Shown here: piece after piece, positions 1-13,613 of the stretch
Layout: every line of letters starts with the position of its first letter
How positions within the stretch are numbered: the first letter of the stretch is position 1
From: Moniliella sp. 'wahieum'
Taxonomy: Eukaryota
Assembly: GCA_003971905.1 (NCBI GenBank)
Contig: RSEE01000066.1
Location: 124,001 to 188,000 of the forward strand
DNA: 64,000 bases
Direction of reading: 5' to 3'
Notes under the pieces: model-generated
Told to the model about the DNA's origin: nothing
Database searches by the model: none
What the model saw: only the letters and a program-made list of their open reading frames with translations
Made by a program: the position numbers and the translations under genes

Positions 1-597
1 TATCCGCAATCACCATAAAGTCAAGCGGGAAGGAATAATGGCTCGAGTCGGGCGCATCGGCATGCTTGGGGTTCTTTTGGTAAAAAAACACTTGGACCAG
101 ACGCCGGTCCTCGGTCGCATTGTCCCGTCCATAGATCCATGTGTCCATCACCACCGACTTGGCCGGTAGGCCGAGGCGCTCCAGTTCCTTGGTAACCATC
201 GGGTCCTTGATACACAGCGCGGCCATGTCGTCCATCTCCATGCGGTCGGCCGGCGCATGGTGATGGCGTGGCTGCTCGGTGCACGCAACAACCTTGCCGT
301 TCGTCACATCCACCACCGCATCAAACAGACGCGGGGAAGCGGTAGAGGAACATGACGTAGATCTCGCGCGGCAAGTTGGAAGGAGTTGCTGCTGGGCAGC
401 CAGGTCGCCTTTGCGCTCGGCGCGGAGAAACGGGAGGAGGAAGGCCTTGGGGGGCTCGTGCAGACCGCCGTTCTTGAAGTGGAGCTCGACGCCACTGCCG
501 CAGTAGGCGCGCAGGAGATCGGCGGCCTTGGTCAGCTCGGCGGCCGAGGCCGGGTCGAGCGGGTGAGGGCGCGTGCCAGAGCAGGAGCGGAGGACAT
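1..597 (-). CDS. Copper amine oxidase, 5' part (runs off the window's left edge; frameshifted)
   Basis: Stitched minus-strand translation MSSAP..PHPLDPASAAEL..LHFKNGGLHEPPKA..VMDTWIYG..RRLVQVFFY..SHYSFPLDF matches the N-terminal domains of fungal CuAOs (HPLDP start, HYSFPLDF). Confidence 0.85.
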
Positions 598-1772
598 GGC
601 GGCGGGCAGGGGGGCGATGGAGGCAGACAGCGGAGGGAGACAGAGGGCGGGGGTGTTTTATACCCCCACGCCCGCCTGGCCTGGCAAGGCTCCCGCCGGC
701 TGCGGGGGGGGCTGGTGTGGAGCGGCAGGGTTAGACCAGGCAAGAGCCATGTGCAGCAGCCATGCAAACTGGCGCTGCCTACTCTCCCCCTGCGGCCGAT
801 GGAAGAACGCAAGGATCATCGATCGATGACGCCGGGGCACTGGCCCACTTCTTCCCCAGACACGGCCCTCGGGGCTCTGGCTGGCTCACCGCAGCCAGCT
901 ACACTGGCCGTGTGCCTGAGTCCAGCGCAGGTGTCGCGTCGCATATCAGCACGCACACCCTGACGCCTGGCCCGCAGAGCCACCCAGGACCCACTGCCCA
1001 ATGCACCAGTCGCTGTGCTCCCACCGTCCAGGCTTGATCCCGTGGCTGGCATCGTTGTTTTCAAGTGTGCGAGAGGAAGCCGCGTCACCGGCGCTGCCTC
1101 CCCCCTTCGTCTCCTTGCGACATCTCTCCATTGCCGCTGTCGATCGCACCGAACCAAGGAAGGGCCCGCGTGCGGTGTGCTTCACACTCCAACTTCTGTT
1201 TCCTCCTTATCAATCGTTTTGCCCCTCGCTCTCGTGGGACCAAAAAGCGACGCCCCCTATAGTGGTGAGTGACGTGGTCGACACAGTCAAGCGTCAGGAA
1301 GACGACCTTGGCACCCACCCCACTTCCTCCACGGTCGAGACTCCTACGCAACCGCAATATAGCCGCGAGAACAATAAGCAGTCCTATACCCAAACCATCT
1401 CTAATCACGCGAATCACGCGTGGCCGACTAGATATCGATAAGAGCAGCGTGTATGTTGTGTTGAAGCCCAGAGCCGTGCACAGTGCGCACTGCCCCTGTG
1501 CCTGGGATGTCCGCCGTCGGTGCAACAGAGCGTGTCGGCCAAGTGGTTTGGCTTGGGTGCATGTGGGGCTCTGTTGGAGAACCGCGTAGAATACCGCTGG
1601 GACCAAATCATCTTCGACACCCTTTCCACCCGTCCTGCCTTCTTGACTCGTAGCCGCCACCCACTTCCGCACAGCACGGCCCAGTTTCCTCCCACGAACA
1701 ACTCAAAAACGCGACTGCTCTCTCACTTTTCTGCCACATCTGTCCTCCTCACCGGCTCACCACCACACGATC

Positions 1773-2865
1773 ATGTCTGCCAAGGTCAAATCGCTCCTCG
1801 TCACCATCTCTCCCCGTCTTTCGGATGCGCTTTTGGCCAAGCTGGGCAAGGCTGCTGAGCAGGTTCATGTTACCCCGTAAAAGAGAGCGCCGAGCCCTCT
1901 GCCGACGTGCTCAAAAGCGTCGACGCCATCTTCTGCACTGTCCACGGCCTACCGCCCTACATTACCGACCTTGGCAAGCAATGCCCGCACCTGCGCCTCA
2001 TTCAAGCCTCCAGTAGCGGTGTGACCAAGGTGGTGGAGAGCCCCGGGTGGAAAGCGCTGTCGCCTCCACAGGCCAAGCCATCACTGTTACCAATGCGTCG
2101 GGCCTGCATGTAATCACCATTCCTCCCTGGGTCATCACGACGACCCACATGCTCTACCTGCGGATCAACGAGCAATACGTCAATGCTCAGACCAAGGCCA
2201 CCTGGATTGACAATCTCCCGGACCATCGTGGCCAGGTATATGCCGGCCGTACCGTTCGTGGGCGGACGGTGGGCCTGCTGGGCTATGGCCATCTTGGTCG
2301 CGAGACAGCCCGGCTGTTTAAGGCATTTGGAGCTCGGGTTATCGCGGCGAATACGCGGAACGCGTACCAAAGATCACGGCTACGTCATTCCTGGTACAGG
2401 CGATCCCGAGGCTGTGCTGCCGGAACAAATGTACAGTACCAGCGACGAAGCGAGCTTGACTGAGTTTTTGCAGCAAACGGATGTCCTCGTCGCTTCCCTC
2501 CCTCCACCCCATCCACACGAGGATTTCTCACGCCGGAACGACTGGCGCTTCTGCCCAAGGATGCTGTCCTGATTAATGTGGGGCGCGGGGACTTGGTCAA
2601 GACCGAGGTAGTGCTGGCAGCGCTCAACAAACCTTGGACCAAGGCAACGGTCCCCTCTGGGGCTTCGCAGCTGACGTGACCGACCCGAGCCGCTTCCGGA
2701 TGGGTCTGCATTGTACACGCACCCGCGTTCGATCATCACCCCTCACCTGGCTGGTGATTCCGAGGGCGAGCTGGAGACCGCGACCGATATTGCGTACAAC
2801 AACCTGCTCCGCCTTGCTGCCAATGATGAGCTACTTACGTCGTCGACGTCGCCAAGGGGTCTTAG
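1773..2865 (+). CDS. D-isomer-specific 2-hydroxyacid dehydrogenase (NAD-binding), frameshifted
   Basis: VTNASGLH, Rossmann motif VGLLGYGHLG, LINVGRG, ADVTDP and IITPHLAG across overlapping ORFs 1907-2572 and downstream; ends VVDVAKGS*. Confidence 0.9.
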
Positions 2866-4547
2866 ATGAAGCAATGCTGTACCCTCCCCCCCCACCCCAC
2901 CTTTGGTATCATCAAGGTGGCTCTTGCAGCATGCGCTCTCGTCTCACAGTACGGCCCTCGATCGCGATGGGGGGATACGAGCGATGATCCATCTGCTGCT
3001 CGGCGCATAATCGAATCTTGAGACTGTAATGTAACATTTTGCATCGTGAGTAGCACGCGTAAGGGTCATGTTACATGACCAAAAATCATGGTTGCTGGGA
3101 CAAAGAAAACTGTTACTACTACAAGGGTCATGACCCATAGAATAGCTAACCTGAGTGCTGTTGAAGGTCATGAAGAACCAGTTTAAATAGGCACACTACT
3201 GCAAGAGCGCCATGCTTTGTGTTGCGTCAGTTCAGCCTTTTCCCCGCAACCGGAACCGCATGTATGTCCCTTCAAGCTTCAGTGCTTGGAGTCTAGACGT
3301 AAATAGTCCACTCTTCTCCTTTTCCAGCGCATCTTTGGCGACCTTCAACATCTTCAACAGTCTCCTTACGTGTTACAAAAGGCGTCGGCTATAAATTACC
3401 TTGAATTCATTTCAGACAGGCAGCCGCTCTGCTCGGCCCTGCGCCCCATCTCGTTCGACACACTACCCGGGTTCGTTTGCCATCATTGGCTGATACCACC
3501 TTGTTGCCCTCTCAGATCTCAGTTCCCTGATCGCCCACAGCATTCCCCATCGCGCCATGCGCCCTGTACCCGTGATGGGCCAAAGGCCCATACAGCTATA
3601 CAGTCCAAGTGCAATGCTCATGTTCTCCACTGCCCATACTATGTTCGGGCACCGGGCAGTGTCCCACCGTATATACGCCGCCTAACACACCCGCGCTGAG
3701 ATCCTGCGATGGCAGTCCACAGGCCAGGCTCGGCTTTTCACGCCGTCAGCGGCACCTGTCATGCCACCATGCACCATCGCGCTCCATATTGACCTTGAAG
3801 CCGCGAAGCTGAGAAAAGCGGCCAGGCCGAGGCCGCTGAGGCCCAGGGCCACTGCAACCTGCCAGCATGAGCACGCGCTGAGAAAAAAACAGCGGACCAA
3901 CCCGCACTTCGATGGGCGGCCATTATCTCAGCCTCGCATGTGCGGCCCCACGCAGGGGCGCGAAAATGATTGAGGTGGCTGCAGTTGCGTAACGCAGCAG
4001 CTCGCGTCGCAGTCCCTTATGCACAGTTGGTGCCGTTGATGGGGCCGGAGCGCGGTGCAACCTGGAAAGAGGGGGTTGGACTAGAGCCAATGTCAGAACG
4101 AGATCTGGGTCAGATCATCGATGGTGGAGAAGATCACTGTACTTGCGCGTGCATCACGAGACGCCACAGCGTGGCTAATGCGCTAACGACACTGCACGGG
4201 CACAATCTGGCCTGGCCCAGTCCACTTGGGTTGTCGCTCCCCTTTTCCGGCTGCTGGGGCAAGTGGCGAAAACCCGAGGTCCGCGCGCCTTGAAACTCTG
4301 AGGCTCTGGCCTGAGGCTGGCACGATGGCCTCGATGACGAATGACGTGGGGTGTCTGGGTCCCCAGCCATTCCGATGAGACACCCGATGCTGTTGGTGGC
4401 GCTGCGGTGGAAAGGAGGCGCGGTGGGTTCTGGCCAACACTGTGGCCTTAATAATAGCCCCTGCTCTCTGTTGCAATTACACGACCACAAAGTACCTCCT
4501 CTCTCTTCTCATCCTTTCCTCCTTTTCAAAACAACTCTTGAACGAAT

Positions 4548-4950
4548 ATGGCGGCCTCCAACAACGACGAGCCTCGCAGCTTAACGCACTCTTCACCAGT
4601 ACGTCCTGATCGTCTTTGAGTCTGACGTGCATGTTTCTTGGCGGGGGTGGAACTTGCAAGCTGACCTGGGGGGCGGGTACTCAGGCTCAAGGGTGCGGCG
4701 TGGAAGCTGGTTGGCGACCTGACTGGATCCAACGACTGGAAGAAATCGGGGCAAAAGGAGCACACCCAGGCGATGCCGAGGTGACCAAGGCGCAGACGAG
4801 GCGTACGCCGAGGGCGCCAAGGAGCAGGGTAAGGGCTACCTCGAGTCGATCAAGGCGCTGTTCTCGGCGACTCCCGACCCAGGCCGAGGGCGCGCTGCTC
4901 GCCGCGAGATTGGTGGTACCCAAAAGGACGCCAACAACCCTCTCCGCTAA
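4548..4950 (+). CDS. Small CsbD-like / Hmp1-type ('mismatched base pair and cruciform DNA recognition') protein, one intron ~4599-4684
   Basis: Stitched MAASNNDEP..KGAAWKLVGDLTGSNDWKKSGQKEHTQ..AEVTKAQ..AYAEGAKEQGKGYLESIK..GGTQKDANNPLR* fits the family pattern. Intron GTACGT..GCTGAC..CAG. Confidence 0.7.
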
Positions 4951-5436
4951 GAAGCAGATAGCTCTCCTTTTGGTCGGCGGCGGGTTAACATATGCCATTC
5001 TATGATACGGACTTCGGGTCGCTGCCACATGTCTCGTATTCGGTTCGGATGACGGATCCCACTGTAGAAGAGTCATCTCGTCCGAGCTGTAAACGTGGGA
5101 CAATGAAAGCCTTAGACGAGGCGATAGACTGAGTCGGACCGGACCATCAGAAGCTAACAGTATAAGCTTGGCCAGTGCACTTTTGACGCTGAGCCTACAC
5201 GCTGGTCACAGCTACATTTGTCACTCTGGGGCACAACAGTTGGATGGTCATCTGAGCAGGGCTTTTTTTTGCCTTTCCCCGTCGATACTGTTGCCGCGTA
5301 TCTATGCGCAACGTTCGTGCACCAACTAAAGACATGAGCAATAAGTTGATATTGAGCAGATCAAGAGCATACCTATAGCGGGCGCAGTGTGGGCCGTGAC
5401 GACTGCAAGGACAGAGGGAGGAGGACGGGAACCATC

Positions 5437-7083
5437 TCAAGTAATGACAGTGGGCTTCTCGCGGCCCGTGAACTGCTTGAGTTGGGACAGGGAAAGGGCG
5501 ACGTCGATTAGGGGCTTGAGGCCCTTTTGAGCGTCCACGCCATACTCGGCCGGTCGGAGGAATACTTTTCGACATAGAGGCGTAGTCGCGCCATGGAACC
5601 CGTGCCGGACAGACGGAAGACGATGCGCGAACCTCGTCAAACAGAATGTAGAGACCTTGGTTCTTGCTCACACTGCCGTCAATGGGGTCGGTGTAGCTAA
5701 AGTTGGCTGCCTCCTTGACCGTGAAGCCGCCAAAGCTGGAGCCGACAAACGAAGATTCGGCAAACTTGGTCTCGAGCGAAGCCATGAGCTTTGGCACTGT
5801 CCGACTCCACCTCCTCGTAATCATAACGCGAGAAAAAGTTGCGGCCATACTGCGTATAGTGGTCCAGCAGAATGTCCGCGACGGACGTGCCCTTTTTCAA
5901 CTCGTTGGCCTTGGCCACAATTGACAGCCAGGCAACAATTGCCCAAATCCCATCCTTTTCCCGCACGTGGTCGAGCCTGTACCAAACGACTCCTCGCCGC
6001 AAATGGAGTTTTTGGCATCCATCAGGTTGCCAAGAACTTCCACCCGGTCGGTACCTCGTAGAAAGCAACGCCCAGCTTCTTGCCACGCGGTCCACCGCTC
6101 CCGAGGTAGGCATGGAACGCGCGAGACCTTTGATGCCCGTCTTGGCAAAGTAGGGGATCGCCTTGGTTGCCCAGTCGGCAATATGGCCACACTATCAGAT
6201 GGGTTGACAAACGTGCCAGCAGCACCGAGGACCATGTTGCGGTCGCCATCGCCGTCCGACGCAGCACCAAACGAAAGACCTTCCTCTGCCACCGCATCCA
6301 CGACGCCTTGGCATACGTCAGGTTCGGATCCGGGTGTCCCCCACCAAAGTCAGGCAGAGGAACCACATTCTGTACGGATGAAACGGGCAGCCCAAACTCG
6401 TTGACAAAGGGCCTTCCCATAGGGCCCCGTGACACCGTGCATGCCATCAAAGCGCACCTTAAAGTCGGGGTTGGACTGGAGAAAGTTCTTAATCAACTTG
6501 AAGTCGAAGATTTCCGAGAGTAACTGGACGTAATCCTTGACCGGATCAACAATCTCCACCTCCAGCACGCCCGCATACGTATGCTGCCCAATCGTCGCCA
6601 CATCGACCAGCGGCGCAATGATGGTCTTGTACGACGAGATGGACTTGGTGATTTCATAGATTTTGTTCGTAACCCCCTCGGGCGCAGGACCACATTCTCC
6701 ATATTGTACTTGATGCCAAAGTCGGGTAGGGCCACCAGGGTTGTGGGACGCAGTGAGGAGGATGCCGCCGGTGGCCTTGGACTTGCGGATGAGGTGCGAT
6801 GCCGCGGGCGTCGAGAGAAGCCCGTTCTGGCCTACAATGAGCTTTTTGACATGGTTGCCAGCGGCCAAGGCAATAATTTTGTGCAGGGCCTCGGTGAGAA
6901 AGTAGCGCCCATCGCCCCAACAACAGGGTCGAGCCAGCGGCTCCACCGGGGATGGCTCGAGGACAGCCTGGACGAAGTTCTCGGTAAAGTGGGGCTGGCT
7001 GAAGATGGCGACGCGCTTACGCAGGCGGAAGTACCGGGCTTCTGACCCTCAAATGGGGTGGTTGGCACGGTTTGGACAGACAT
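5437..7083 (-). CDS. PGM: Phosphoglucomutase, frameshifted
   Basis: [19 protein letters not shown], catalytic TASHNPGG, metal loop DGDGDRN, CGEESFG, and C-terminus [11 protein letters not shown]. Confidence 0.96.
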
Positions 7084-8204
7084 GAAGGAGAGAGGAGGGG
7101 CGGTGATGGTGGGATGGAGGAAAGATAGTTCCCAACTCGCCCCATGATGAGAGAGAGGAACCATACAGGCAATGCTGGGGGGCAGAGCGGGCGGTTAAAC
7201 TCATTTGGCACCGCGGACGTCGCGCGGGGGGCATAGGCCAGTCTCTGCCGGCTGAGGCGCTGAGGGCTGGCCAGCACGCTACGATTACGCAGGTCCGTGC
7301 ACAACAGAGTGCGCGACAGGTGATTACGCCCGCTGCGCTGCCTGTGGTTTGCCATTTAATTCGGCCGTTTCCCGAGTCTCACAGGCCCTGAGGCGCCTGA
7401 GCCTGGAGCCTGAGGCGACCATGGCCGGTCGTCTTGTCCCTCGCCCTCTCCAATGTCAATGCCAACAGTGCCTGTGCAATGCACAGCTGCATCGTGCAAG
7501 TGGACTGACTGACCTGTTCAACACTCGTGGGCATGGAAAAGCGAGGCGGGGCAGGGCGCACTCCTGCGCATGTGCTCCTCTGGCCAGTGCCGCTACCGCA
7601 GTGTTTTGTTGAACGCATGGCTCCATCGATGTGGGCATGGATTGGGCTCCATGGGGTGGCGGGAGCACTTGGAAGCGCAGTAGGTGGATTGAAGATTGAA
7701 TATTGACGGTGGACAGATAGCAGCTTGAGCAAGCACCAGCAACGTTCCCATTTCACCGGCCGCCCCAGCAGGCGACTCACCCACGGGGGAGTGGGGAGCA
7801 TGCAGCATGGGTAACCTCACGTGATGATCACGTGCGTGCTTGGTGGGCCTCCAGCCTGGCGGGTGTGTGGCAGGTGGCAGGTGGCGGGTGGCACGCTGGG
7901 GGGCGGGAGGGCAGTGTGGCCTCTGGCGGGACGGGAACCGGCGGAAGCGAACGCGGGGCTGGCGAGGCCATGGGGCGGTGGGGACCGATACTGACGCACC
8001 GGCTCCGCCGTCGCGGGGCCGGTGCAGCGCAGTGCGCCGGCGGATGCTTTGCCAGTGCGTTGCCACTGTGCCTCGCCAGGCGTCGGCGTCGCCACCCCGC
8101 GCCTGCCGGCTCGCGGCGTGTCCCGGCTGATCGTAATCAGCGCGCAGTGCGTCGCCACGACGCCTGCCTGGCCCTCACTCAACCAGCCCTAGCGCCGACA
8201 CTTC

Positions 8205-8340
8205 GCACTCGCACTCGCACTCGCACTCGCATTCGCACTCGTCTTCGCACCCGCACCCACACCGCCGCAGTCACTCGGCTGGTCACATCTCCATCAGTCT
8301 GCCTGCCGCCTCCTCCTCCTCCTCCTCCTCCTCCTCCTCC
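8205..8340 (+). repeat. Microsatellites (GCACTC)n ~8205-8250 and (CCT)n ~8308-8340
   Basis: Directly visible tandem units upstream of the transcription factor gene. Confidence 0.85.
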
Positions 8341-8400
8341 GCGCCTCTCCTCCGGCCCATGCCTCAGGGCCCGCCACCCCCCCGGCGTCTTCCGCCATCC

Positions 8401-11400
8401 ATGCCCATGCCCAGGCTTTGCACAGGCCCACGCCCACACCCTTCTCCTCACTGCCCCCCACACAGCCACAGCTCAGCCCACCCTGCCCATCCTCCTGCTC
8501 CCCGTCCAAGCGCGTCTCCGGCGGTGACCACCCCCACCTCTCCTGCCACCGCCCCGAGCAGCAGCCCCCTCCCAAGAGCAAGAAGCGGCGTGTGTTGATG
8601 CCTGCATCCGCTGCTCCATCAAGAAGACCAAGTGTGACGGCAACAAGCCCTGCAATGTATGCCAAGCCCTCGACCTCGCCGACCAGTGCCAGTTCAACCC
8701 CAACCCCAAGAAGCGCGGCCCCCCCAAGGGCTACTGGGCCGCCCAGCGCAAGGTGCGCGAGGATGCCGAGGCCTTTGCACGAGCCAGTGCTGTGGCGGAC
8801 GGTGCCAGGCCAGCTGGCCCTGCGCTGACGAGCAGCTTGCTCAGGCCGAGCAAGCCAAGTGCCACACGACGCAATGCCCTTGCCCCCCGCCAGCGTCCAA
8901 TCGAGGGGGTGTAGGCTGGGTACGGTTTGATAACCCCCTGTGTCGGAATTGCCTGGCGCTTCGCCTCCATATCACCGCGGTCGATCCGCTCTGGACCTCA
9001 AGCCGGACATGGCTACCCCCAATGGGTCTCATCAGCCCGGCCTGGTACCCCAACCGCGTCCCCGACTGCCGTCGTTGGCCCAGATTCAAGGCCCTTCTGC
9101 CTCGCCTGCCTCTTCCATGGAGGGACCTGGGTCGATGGCGCGGAGACTCCTAGGAACATGTTTGGGCTCAACCCGCCACCATCCGCGGTGACAGGGGGAG
9201 CAGGGAAAGAACCCGGCTTGACTCCGCTCGAGGTACGATTGGTGGAGATCTACATTGCCTTTGTCCATGACCATTGGCCCCTATTGGCCCCCAACACCCT
9301 GTTTGCTCCCGGATTAGGAGGAGACGCCGGCGACCAGGACGCGCCCTCTGGTCTTGCGCCGGATCCCGCTTCCGCCCCGCCCCCCAATCTGGGGGTGGAG
9401 CGTCACAAGACGCTCTCGGCCTACATTGCCTCGCTGAAAATGAAGGTCCCGCTGCTTTTCCAGATCATCTGCTGCGTGGCGATGTGCACATTGACAGAAG
9501 ACGAAACGCGGGGTGGCGGGGGTGTCAACGGACACATTGTCGCGGATGTTCCGCTGCAAACCGGGGGAGGTCGTGACAGGGAGAGATCTCGCGGCGTTGG
9601 TGGACAAATGCCGGGTGGCGTTGCTTCCTTACGCTCATATCCGGGCTGTGTGGGTGGTCCAGGCACTGTTTCTTCTGGCCTGGCCGACTACTCGGCAGGG
9701 CGGACGCATGAGGGGTGGCAATCTACCGGCCTGGTGTGCCGTCTGGTGTTTGACATGAACCTGCACAGCCGCCAAGGCGAGGCGGCTGTGGAGCGCATGA
9801 TGCGTTGGCCACCGCCGGTTCTGACAATGGCACTGCTGCCTCGTTCAAACCGCGCGCGCCCACCGCTAGCTCAATCAACCTCACCGCCCAGGCCAACAAC
9901 CGGCGCAAGGCGCGATTCATGCACACCATGCTGGCTGACATTGCGTTTGAGGAGCAAGTCACGGCCCAGGATGAGCGAGTGATGTACGCGGTCGCTGGGG
10001 CTTTCACCATTGACGACATCATCCAAGTTCGGCGCCGGATCTTTTGGTGCTCCTTTGTCCTGTGAGTAACACAATCCATACCTCCCCCCTCATTGGCTGC
10101 TGACATCTTCATGTCACGGCAGTGACAAACTCGTATCGGTCATCACCGAGCGGCCGTGCATGCTGCGAAGTTCCGAGGTGGATGTGGGGTTCCCTATACC
10201 CCAATGGGCTGGACGATACCCAGCCCTGGCTCACCCAGAGCAGCGCCATGTTTGTGCAACCCAGCGTGATACCTGAGCTCAAGGGCGTGCCTGCGCGCCT
10301 TGATTCTTCTTCTTGGTGGTATCCCGCTCTGTGTCATCACGGAGCATATTCTCGATGCACTTTACTCGCCCGCTCGCCGTGCTTTCGGCAGGCTTCCCGA
10401 TATGTCCCGGGACGATCGGTCGATGTCGACCAAAACATCCACCGAATGGTGGGAAGACGACTCAGTGCATCAGCGGGACGAAGGTGCGGCGTTGGCCTCC
10501 CGGTGGTTTGCCGATTCGCTGTCTTTGTGGGGTCCGAGTGGGGGGGCCGGCAACGTGCTCTATCTTCCAGATCCGCAGAAGGCACTTTCTGAGAACTACC
10601 TCCGCATCATGCGCATGCTCACTCTCTGGTCAGAGTATATGCCGGCCCCCATGCGTGCCCGGCGTATGCCTCTTACATACGCCCAGCCACCTCCGCCGGC
10701 CGTGAGCCCATTCGGCCCAATCGACCTGCTGGTCATGCCCCCACGACACAAGGGCTCCCCTCCAAACTATCTAACCATGCGCGCCTTGACTCACCTGAAT
10801 GTCTTGCTGCTCCATCGCCCCTTTATCGCTCATCCTCATCTACTGCATTTGACCTTGAGACTCTGCGCAAGTATGGGTTTGCACCAGCGTTGCCCACCGA
10901 ACGTGCTGGCCGCCCAGGTGGGCCGGCCACCACCCCTACTTCTTCCCCCCAGCCCGATCTCTCCACCCCCTCAGATGAGCATAGGCCCCTGTCGGGAGGT
11001 GGCGAGAGGCCTAGTGCTCCCTTGAAACATGTGCCAGCCAAGATGAAGGTGAGCATCACAAGTTTGCTTGTGGAGCAAAGGCGGCATCGGACCAAGAAAC
11101 GCCTCCAGCCTGATGCGCCTCCCGCCCGTCCATCTGGCGCTCTTCCCCACGCCCCAAGCGGCCCGGCGCCAGCGCCTGGCATCAGCGCTCCCGCTGGGCT
11201 GGATGGAAAGGCAGGGGCGGGGACAACGTTTTTACTTTCGCTTTCGCATCCAGCCCAAGTGTGCATTCAGGCGGCAGCCGAGATCATTGACATTGCGGAT
11301 GTGTACAAGAGCATTTACGCCCGCACAAGCTGCCCTATGTGTGGGTCTTTATGCTGTTCCAGGCGGGTGTCGTATCTTCCTCCTTCAGCATCAACATCAC

Positions 11401-12979
11401 TGCCCGCGTCCCGCCTGCACTGGATGGTGCAAAGGAGGAGCCCGTCGGCGGCGCACGATCGCCCTCGGTTGCCACCGCCACCGCCCGTGCTGCGGCAAGC
11501 GGCCGAGCAAGCACGTTTGAAACAAGCGCAGGCACGTCGGTTCGCTGTAGGCATCTGTTAGCGCGATGCGTGGCGTCGTTGGAAGAGATTGGTCGGTCTC
11601 ATGCCTCGGCACGCAAGCTGGTCCACATCCTCCAATCCTTGTGGGATGTTTCTCCACAGTCGACGCTGCGGCTACGGCCTCTGCTTCTGCCTCTGCCTCT
11701 GCTGCCTCCGCCTCGGCGGCTTCTCGATCTACCCCTCGTGCCCCAACGAGACGAGCGGCAGCCGATTCCCCCACCTTTCCACGTACAAACGCCCATGCAG
11801 CCAGCTTCTCAACCTGCACCGCCAGTGGCCGGTGGTTGGAAACCTGGTCCTGGATCTGGTTCTGGACATGGTTCCACATTTGACGGCAAGCGTCTCAGCA
11901 GTCTGGCGGCGACTCCTTACCCCCGACGACCCCCCATCCTTCCTCCCTTGCTCTTCCCGTTCCTTCCCCAAGACCAGTCTGGGGATCTCAGATCTGGACC
12001 AAGCTGGGGCAGGCCGATATAATGGGTTTGGATCGTTCCCCAATGCCCCGAGGAGCTCCGCCGTGCCTGCGCAGGCCAGCTGGGCTGCTGGGGGTTCGGG
12101 TGCCGGGCCTTCCTCTCCTGCGTATCATCCGCCGAATATGGGGGACGACGCTCTTCTTCTTCTGGCTGGTCAAGCGGAGCACGCGCGGGGGGATCCGCTG
12201 CCACCGCCCCATCCTGGCTTTGCACCAGGACCTGCCTCTGGTTCGGCGACAGAACTGGCGCATGCGGCGGCGCCCCAACTGGCGGAACAATTATCTGCAT
12301 CCGCCCTGGCTGGAGGTGTGATTGAGCCTCGCATCGAGCTGGATATGATGGCCAAGACGTCGGAACGATCGATGTGGGAACCGTTTTGGAACCAGATGCC
12401 ATTTGGGGAAAACTGGGACTCGTGGCGAACCTTCTTTACCCAGGTCACGTTTGACGACCACTTGGCTGCCGGTCTGAGCCCCGTGACGGGTGCACCTGAT
12501 GTGGCCCCGAGCCCAGTTGTTGAGCCAGCTCTGAACGCCGCCGCGTCGACGCCGGTATCAGGACCCAGTGGTTCCTATCCGCCTGACTCCCAGTTTGCCC
12601 CCGACCTCTCAAGCCTTGGCTACTATCCCATCGTTCCTTCCGAGGTCAAGTATGGTTCTGACCTGCTCGAGCAACGATCGTTTGACCCGACGGGCAGCTC
12701 CGCCTTGTTCCCGTCCCCAGGACCAGTGGGGGGCACCCCGGGGGGAACGATGTACGGGTTGTCCTACCCGCCACCTAATGCTGCGCCCGGGTACGGCTCG
12801 TCACCTTTGAATGAAACCTCGGCCACTTCGCCCGACTTTGCCGGGCTGAGCCAGCCTCTTCTGGCCCGAGCTTGCGACCTGGCCTCGTGGGCGCCGCTTT
12901 GGTTTCGCACCCGGAATCTGTCGCGCTGCCCACGCCCCACGGCTCCCTGCATGCTCCCCACCCGTCGGGGTACGCATGA
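8401..12979 (+). CDS. Zn(II)2Cys6 transcription factor with fungal-specific TF domain; intron 10062-10122; start and end approximate
   Basis: CIRCSIKKTKCDGNKPCNVCQALDLADQC (8603-8689) followed by PKKRGPPKGY. Also LVEIYIAFVHDHWPLL, and spliced RRRIFWCSFVLDKLVSVITERP. Confidence 0.88.
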
Positions 12980-13613
12980 GCGCCAGCGGCTGGCGGTGTG
13001 GGGATGGCCGTGTCTCCCGTCCTGGGCGCCTTCCTCGCTTTTTGTGCTTATGTTTTGGCGCCATCCCTCGAGTCAACATGTCGCTACCGCATGGCCTGTG
13101 GCTCTGCATTGATAATCGATAATCGATCTACATGGCCTTGGCCGTGGCAGCGGGGCCAGTGCGCACGGGAGAGGGGGGGGGTAAGAAGGTGGCAAGCGAG
13201 GAGCCAGCATTGAGCAAGCACGATGGTAGCGAGGACAGTGTACAATAAAGGCGGGGTGGGGCGTGGCGTGGCCAGATGGGTGTGCCGAGCAGAGGGGACA
13301 TCTTAGAGAGATGGCAGTGTGGGATGTGAGCGTGTGGGTGCAAATGCACGTTTCAAACGATCGGGTGGCCGGCTGCCACGTGGCGCGGTGGCACGGGGCA
13401 AGGCCTGGAGGGCGACGGCGACGGATGAGCAAGCGGTGATCGTCCCCAGCGGCTGGGCCGAGGCGTGGGAGCCACCGCCATCCGCTCGCCACCGCCAGCA
13501 GCCAGCATGCACCGCGGCCAAGCCTCGGGCGTGCGTTCGCACGGCCCGCTCGCCCCGCCTGGCCAGATCCGCCAGCGCACCAGCCCCTCCCCCTCGCCCG
13601 CCCGCTCCGCGGC

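Noticed and set aside
3185..3400. Coding-looking minus-strand stretch (RRLLKMLKVAKDALEKEK..)
   Set aside because: Short, with no family match or supporting gene structure.
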